From Vitrella brassicaformis CCMP3155 (taxonomy: Eukaryota > Protista > Chromerida): DNA of 64,000 nucleotides. Below, one piece after another: positions 58,240-64,000 of this stretch (within the stretch, counting starts at the first letter, position 1; every line of letters begins with the position of its first letter). The position numbers and the translations under genes are program-made. The stretch covers positions 124,001-188,000 of the forward strand of contig CDMY01000013.1 in NCBI GenBank assembly GCA_001179505.1. Reading direction: 5' to 3'. The notes beneath the pieces were generated by a model. It saw only the letters and a program-made list of their open reading frames with translations, was not told the DNA's origin and made no database searches.

Positions 58240-61200
58240 ATGACGTCATCGTACAGATTGCTGGAGAAAGGTAAGTGTCTTTCGTACGCGTGTCCTCAGC
58301 CTTTTGCGCACAGAACGACAGAAACACGCAATCTGACTTAGGCCGTTCGTTCTGCCGCTGTCCGCCTTCTATTGCCTCGTGCTGTCCGCAGAAAGCAGGG
58401 CACGGCGAGATTTTCGCGCGACGAGACGGGGACAAACCCGCAAACCCTGATTTTAAAGCTTCAAGCAGTTTTTCACATTTTTCATCCGTTTTCGGCTTTT
58501 CAACCTTCTTCAGGCCATATCTCCTCCATTTTCTCTTCCGGCTGTTTGTTGGCTGATCTTGTCCGCCTCATCTACCTCTTACTTCCCAGCTCGTCCAGAT
58601 GTCATCCGCCACTGTTTCCTCCACCGCCGTGCACCAGGGCAAGGCCCCGCCTGGTGGTGCCCCGCGTCTGCGGAGCGGCTTGAAACAGAAGGTGAGAAAT
58701 ATACGCACACACACACATCCACATGTGTGGTCCTCCTTCTCTCTCCTTGTGTTGTGCAGGTGACAGTTGGTGTTGGTCGTGGCAAGACCGCCGGCAACAA
58801 CAAGAGGGCGGCGGACACTGAGCCCGACGAGGGAGGCCAGCGAGGCGGCAAGGCGCGAAAGAAGAACTACCAGGCGGGCGCCGGCAAGAAGCGGCCGAGG
58901 GTGACGGCAGCTGTCGAGATAAGCTACCGACCACACACCATTGACACACAAGGGCACCGCATACACCCTTGTGTGTTTGCCGCTGTCCATGGGTGGTGCC
59001 TTGCCTTTATCAGGCTGAGGAGCGGCGGGGTGGCCGCACCTTCCACCGGGCCATCCGGGCGCTGTGCGAAGAGTTCTTTCAGGACTGGAAGCAGCAACAA
59101 CCTGCCGACGCCTCAAAGGGTCAGCAGCCACACACACAACAGACACACGGTGCTTGCGCCTTTCTCTCACGTGTGTCTGTGTGTGTGTGTGATGTGTGCA
59201 ATGCAGCTACGTATGCAGCTGCGGGGGCCGGTGCGGCCGTGACGACCACGCGCAAGGCCAACAGCAACGCCTTCGACGTGAAGGATGTGGCGGGCGTGGT
59301 CCTCGACAAGTGGCTCAAGTATGCCACATCCACACCACACACACATGGACAGATGGCTATACGGATGCCTTATTGTTGTTGCCGTGGTGTGTGCGGCGCC
59401 CCACATCCCCACCGGCCNNNNNNNNNNNNNNNNNNNNNNNNNNNNNNNNNNNNNNNNNNNNNNNNNNNNNNNNNNNNNNNNNNNNNNNNNNNNNNNNNNN
59501 NNNNNNNNNNNNNNNNNNNNNNNNNNNNNNNNNNNNNNNNNNNNNNNNNNNNNNNNNNNNNNNNNNNNNNNNNNNNNNNNNNNNNNNNNNNNNNNNNNNN
59601 NNNNNNNNNNNNNNNNNNNNNNNNNNNNNNNNNNNNNNNNNNNNNNNNNNNNNNNNNNNNNNNNNNNNNNNNNNNNNNNNNNNNNNNNNNNNNNNNNNNN
59701 NNNNNNNNNNNNNNNNNCAGACGAGTACGTGCAGCCATCGACGCGTAATGGATGTGTTTGTTGTGTCTCTTGGTCCCTGCAGACCCTCCGACTGGACTAC
59801 TACCTGCCGCATATCATAGACTATCTTAACTTCACGGGTGACGTCATCCACACATGCGCCGACTACAACTACGAGTGAGCAGATGCCTCCACACATCCAT
59901 ACGTGTGTGAATGCATGGCATGATGGGTGTGTCTGGTGTGTCTCCCCTTCCTGTCTGTCTGCAGGTGGATATTCATACGGGAGTTGGTGACGATATGGGA
60001 CCCGCAGCCCTGCCCCGAGCTGCGGGTCCGTCTGTACGTGGTCACGATCGCTGTCTGCGTTTTATATCCATCGGCTCGTGGACTACATCGATGTCGCTGT
60101 GCAAGTATCAGTGATAATCTCGCGCTGCGGGCACCCACCCCCAGACCAGCTGTTCAAGATCATCCGGGCAAGTGCAACACGACATGACACTTATCTACAT
60201 ATGGTATATATATATATATGTTTCCAGATCGACTGCACGCATCCTGGACAGGCTGAAGCTCTTCGTAGAGGCGCTCGACCGTCACGGGACGCTTCCCTGC
60301 CCTTGACAACCCCGCACCAGACCCCAGAGAGCGTGTCGCTGTTTGTTCGATGCGCTCACATTCGCCGCCTGCCTGCAAGCCCCTGTCCGGAACTAAAGAT
60401 GGGGCTGGGCTGAAGGAGGTGATGAAGATGGCCATGAGTGAGGCACTATTGGTGCAGCTGCCGTGAAGGGACCTAGGAGTCGTTCTTTCAAATTGGTCAG
60501 CACACATGAGGGAAGGAGGATTGATACAAGTAGAGCATGAGGACGCCTTCGTTCAAGAAACAGCGGCCCAAGGGTCGCGAGGTCACCCGTTCGCTGAAGG
60601 CCCTCAAGAGAGTGTTCTTCCACCCCTGTGAGTCGGTAGAGGATGCGTCGATTTGGTCCATATACGGGCTGACTTCGAGGCCCGGAAACTTCTCGACGAC
60701 ATCCGACGAGCGTGTCGAGGTGAGTGTGATGGACCAGCACACACAGCTACAGCACGATGATATGTGTCTCTTCAAATCGGTTTGCAGCTTGGGCGGCCCA
60801 CAGACGGTGGAGAACAGCACTCGCTGCCTACGTTTTATATGTGTAAGTTTGGTGTCTCAAACGAGATGCAGCATGGACCTGTACTTCGCTGCGGGTCGCT
60901 GGTGGGTGGGCATGGTGGGCGGCCCGAATGTGCTCATACCGAAGCGATAAGGTACACACACAAAGGACAAGGCACTGGTGTCTGTTTGTATTTTGTGTGC
61001 GCTGTGTATGTTGTGTGTACCAATCAGGCATGCACTGGCAGCTGAGCCAGATAGCGCAGAACGGGGTGCGTGCTGCACCGGGTGCTGTGGCGGCCTACCC
61101 ACGGCAGCCCAGCGCCCAAACACGCCAGCAGCTGGCCCGCCACAAGAAAGCCGAGGAGTTTTGGCCTCTACGCAACGACCTGATGGTCTCTTATCTCGAC

Positions 61201-61664
61201 AACGCCATCAGCAAGTCTCAGAGGGAGGATGCACTCAGAGATGATGTGCGTGCATGCTTTAACAGAGCGCAACTCGACGGCTGTGGCTGGGTACTGGCAG
61301 CTGATGCACCAGATCATCAACGCCTGCGAGCACCCGGGGCAGCACAACCAGCAGGTGGTCGATGTGGCCTACCTGTTCACGCACCCCCGTCTCTGCATAG
61401 GGCTGCAGTGCTTCCTGTTCGGCCTCCGCCGCCACATCCCCCTCCCCAGCCCCATTGACAGTGCCGGCCTACCCCCTGGACTTCAGCAACAACCAGCTGA
61501 ACCACGTGCTGGCCCGGCTGCTCCAGCAACACCCGCTGCCGCCGGACGATGACCTCATCGAGCACGCCATTGAGGTGTGCCATACCCATCGGCGGTGTGA
61601 GCTGGGGCGGCTGAGGCTGTCAGACACGGTGAGGGAGGTGGAGGCGAACATGGGGTACCACTGA
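58240..61664 (+). pseudogene. Paralogue A': longer copy of the uncharacterised gene, frameshifted; 5' end uncertain, contains a gap
   Basis: Exons RTFHRAIRALCEEFFQDWK, FDVKDVAGVVLDKWLK, TLRLDYYLPHIIDY..., EFWPLRNDLMVSYLDNAISK..., ...LDFSNNQLNHVLARLLQQHPLPPDDDLIEHAIEVCH...MGYH*. There is a +1 shift near 61335 (CCCGGGG versus CCGGGG in A) and a second shift near 61450. Confidence 0.65.
59418..59717. other. Assembly gap (300 N)
   Basis: N run inside A'. Confidence 0.99.
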
Positions 61665-61986
61665 GAAACATGGGGTACCACTGAGAAAGGTTGGAGTTGT
61701 CGATGAGTAGGTAGTTGGTTGTGTTGGTCGGTTGGTTGTGTTGTCGGCACGACCACCAGCCTGCCGTGTGGCGTCATGTGTGTGATGTGCCGGTCACACA
61801 CATGAGGCTGGTAGGCCGGTGTGTCGCTGCGGTGTGAGAGAGAGGCGGACTTAGCACCTAGAGGTGGATCAAAGGATCATCGATCGTAGCAAGGGGCGTG
61901 AGTGAGTGACATCCACCCACTTGATAGGGTGTGATGGTGTGATTTGTGGCGGTGTGGTGGGCGGGCCGGGCTGCCTCTCTCTCTCT
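59718..61986 (+). repeat. Inverted segmental duplication, copy 2 (partner 48990-50459)
   Basis: See copy 1. This copy has about 0.8 kb at ~60050-60870 with no match in copy 1. Confidence 0.92.
61647..61688 (+). repeat. 20-nt perfect tandem duplication spanning the A' stop codon
   Basis: AACATGGGGTACCACTGAGA x2. Confidence 0.9.
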
Positions 61987-62178
61987 GGGAGGGAAATAGG
62001 TTGAAGAAAAAGAAGGGCAATCGTTGCCTGCATTTTATATCTGTATCTTGGTTTCCATCAAGTATGTCTGTGTGTGAATACTGAGGGCGAAACCTTGACC
62101 AGTGACTTAACTGTTGCGTCACAAATCAGCGAGAGAACACACATACACATACACATACACATACACAGACAGAGTTGG

Positions 62179-64000
62179 TCACCAGAAGGCCTCACGTTCC
62201 TCCACGTCCCTCAAGTCCCTCGCAATCTCGCTCGGGTTGTTCTCATACATATGCACATATATCAACAGATGGGGCAGCCTCTTGAGCACCCAGTCCACTC
62301 GTGTGCTGTTCCTCGCCTCTATCAGCAGCCACCACACAACCAACATCCACACCAAAGGAATCACCGTCTCGAGGACGAGCAGCGACAGCACAAAGCGGAA
62401 CCACCTGTCGGCGGCCGACGGGTTGGCGGAGAATTGAAGGAAGAAGGCAAGGAAGGCCAGTGAAGTGATCAGGAAGCATATCCACAAGATACGGATGACA
62501 CGGTCCCGACACATCCACGCGCGATGGACGGAGTCCTACAGGGGAGACACGTGCACGTATGTCCATGTCTGTGCTCCGCGGTTGTTTCTTCTCGTCTTTT
62601 CTCACCTTGAGCTTTTCGTCTGTGTCTGCGTCAGGCGCGTATGTTGGCACTTTGACTGCCCACCACTTGACAAACAGCTTAAGAACTTCCGCGATCATCG
62701 ACGCCACGAGGAGGAAGCACAGGTCTGACATAGTAACACGGAAGCCCCACAAGACACCTGCGAGACACGACAGCGAGACATGAGCATGCATATATATATC
62801 CATCAAGTCGTGCGCTACCCTCCTTACCTGCGTCTTCCGTCAAGAAGGCAAGGCTTTCCCCCAGAGTTCCCTTGTACACCTCGACAAACAGCCCGATGTC
62901 GAGAGTTAGGAGGAACTTGAACACCAGGAGCAGATCGTGCAGCACGTGTGGGGCCTGCAGCGAGGGGATGAAGCACTGGCCCCATGGGTGATGCTTGCAG
63001 ACGACACTGCAAAACAGCCAGAAAGAGTGCAGACCCAACACCCTGGGAACCACCGAGACAAAAGACAGACACGAAGATGAGACACATACATTGCACAGTG
63101 TCTGCCTTCCAGCCGGACACCTACCTGAATCGGCAAATGAGCCGATTGAGCTCCATTTTCTTCATCTCCACGAAAAACTGCTGCTTGGCGTCCTTCTTGG
63201 CCACCGTCACATTATCCGTCTCAATGGTCACCCCCGTTCGCATTGACGGCTGCTTCGCCGACGCTCGTCCAGCCATCTGCTCGGCACCTACAAGCTGCCT
63301 GAGTGTCTTGAGCATCTGCACCCGAGGGCGTGCCTTAAGCGATGTGGCCAGGGAATGGGTGAGGTAGCCGCGACGAGAGAGAAAACACCGGAGGTTGCGC
63401 TCTTCATGCAGGTCGGCCACTGGACAGTAGGCAAGGTGTGAGATGGACAGAGCAATGATGAGAGCGAAGGAAGGCAAATCGATTGGTCTTACCAAATCTT
63501 TGTGCTGCGTCAAGGTCACTGATACAGAATCGAACCGTCTGGCAGCCGAAGGCCTCCGTCTCGACAACTCCCGCGTCTGCCTCCATCTCCTCTTCCCCGA
63601 CTCGTAAGAGCCTTGTGCGCTTCTGTTCTGCCGACTCACGAATGTTCCGCGCAAGAGGCGGGTCATTCCACTGGTTCATCACACGCATCCTCTCGGTCTT
63701 ATAGTGCACGTCCAGGATGATGTGTGCAGGCAGCCGGAGGATCGGCGCCTGCAGGTCCACTGCTATGTCGCTCTCCTCAATCACCTCGGCCTCCACTATA
63801 TCACTCCAGCGGATGTAGCCCACTACCAGAAGCTGTGACTGCATTGCTACAGCCATTTGCTGGCGGACGGGTGACGGTTTCGGGCCATTGTCCTCATCGA
63901 ACTCCTCAAAGCCCTCGAGCACTCTCTCTCGTCCCTCCTCGCTTTCATCCCGGTCTGACATCGACTGTGTCTCTTGTTCGTCTGCGGATGCCCGCCTTGA
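62179..64000 (-). CDS. Hypothetical multi-pass membrane protein; 5' end probably beyond the window
   Basis: The frame is open to the window edge. Acidic N-region (SDRDESEEGRERVLEGFEEFDED). Exons splice to hydrophobic segments LHDLLLVFKFLLTLDIGLF, LCFLLVASMIAEVLKLFV, VIRILWICFLITSLAFLAFFLQF and WFRFVLSLLVLETVIPLVWMLVVWWLLI. Stop ...EEREAFW* at 62179. Confidence 0.7.

Noticed and set aside
1-64000. tRNA, rRNA, snRNA genes and intact transposase or reverse-transcriptase ORFs
   Set aside because: None recognised by eye; small structured RNAs could be missed without tRNAscan-SE or Infernal.

Overview
GC-rich, very intron-dense eukaryotic DNA. Short GT/GC-AG introns packed with (GT)n, (CA)n, (GACA)n and (ATCC)n repeats, together with ApiAP2-type domains, point to a chromerid alveolate, most likely Vitrella brassicaformis (inference; no database check). 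There are six 300-N placeholder gaps. The ORF track is mostly exon fragments and antisense shadow ORFs, so genes were spliced by eye and exon boundaries are approximate. Order: Dopey/DOP1 (+, 5' truncated), a weakly supported multi-exon gene (-), a PhyH-family 2OG/Fe(II) dioxygenase (-) head-to-head with a 4xKH/RS-tail RNA-binding protein (+), a hypothetical gene (+), a protein with four AP2-like domains fused to a flavin amine oxidase (-), a THUMP plus degenerate methyltransferase gene (+), a protein with a C-terminal LamG/ConA-like domain (-), and a TMEM131 homologue (+). About 49-62 kb is an accessory region of disrupted paralogues in mirror order (A- B+ | B'- A'+), followed by a multi-pass membrane protein (-, running off the window). 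The best candidate for a new system is the AP2x4-amine oxidase fusion, a possible self-targeting LSD1-like chromatin enzyme. Second is a window-wide pattern of CA-rich 5' halves and GT-rich 3' halves in introns. No rRNA, tRNA, CRISPR array or intact transposase was recognised.
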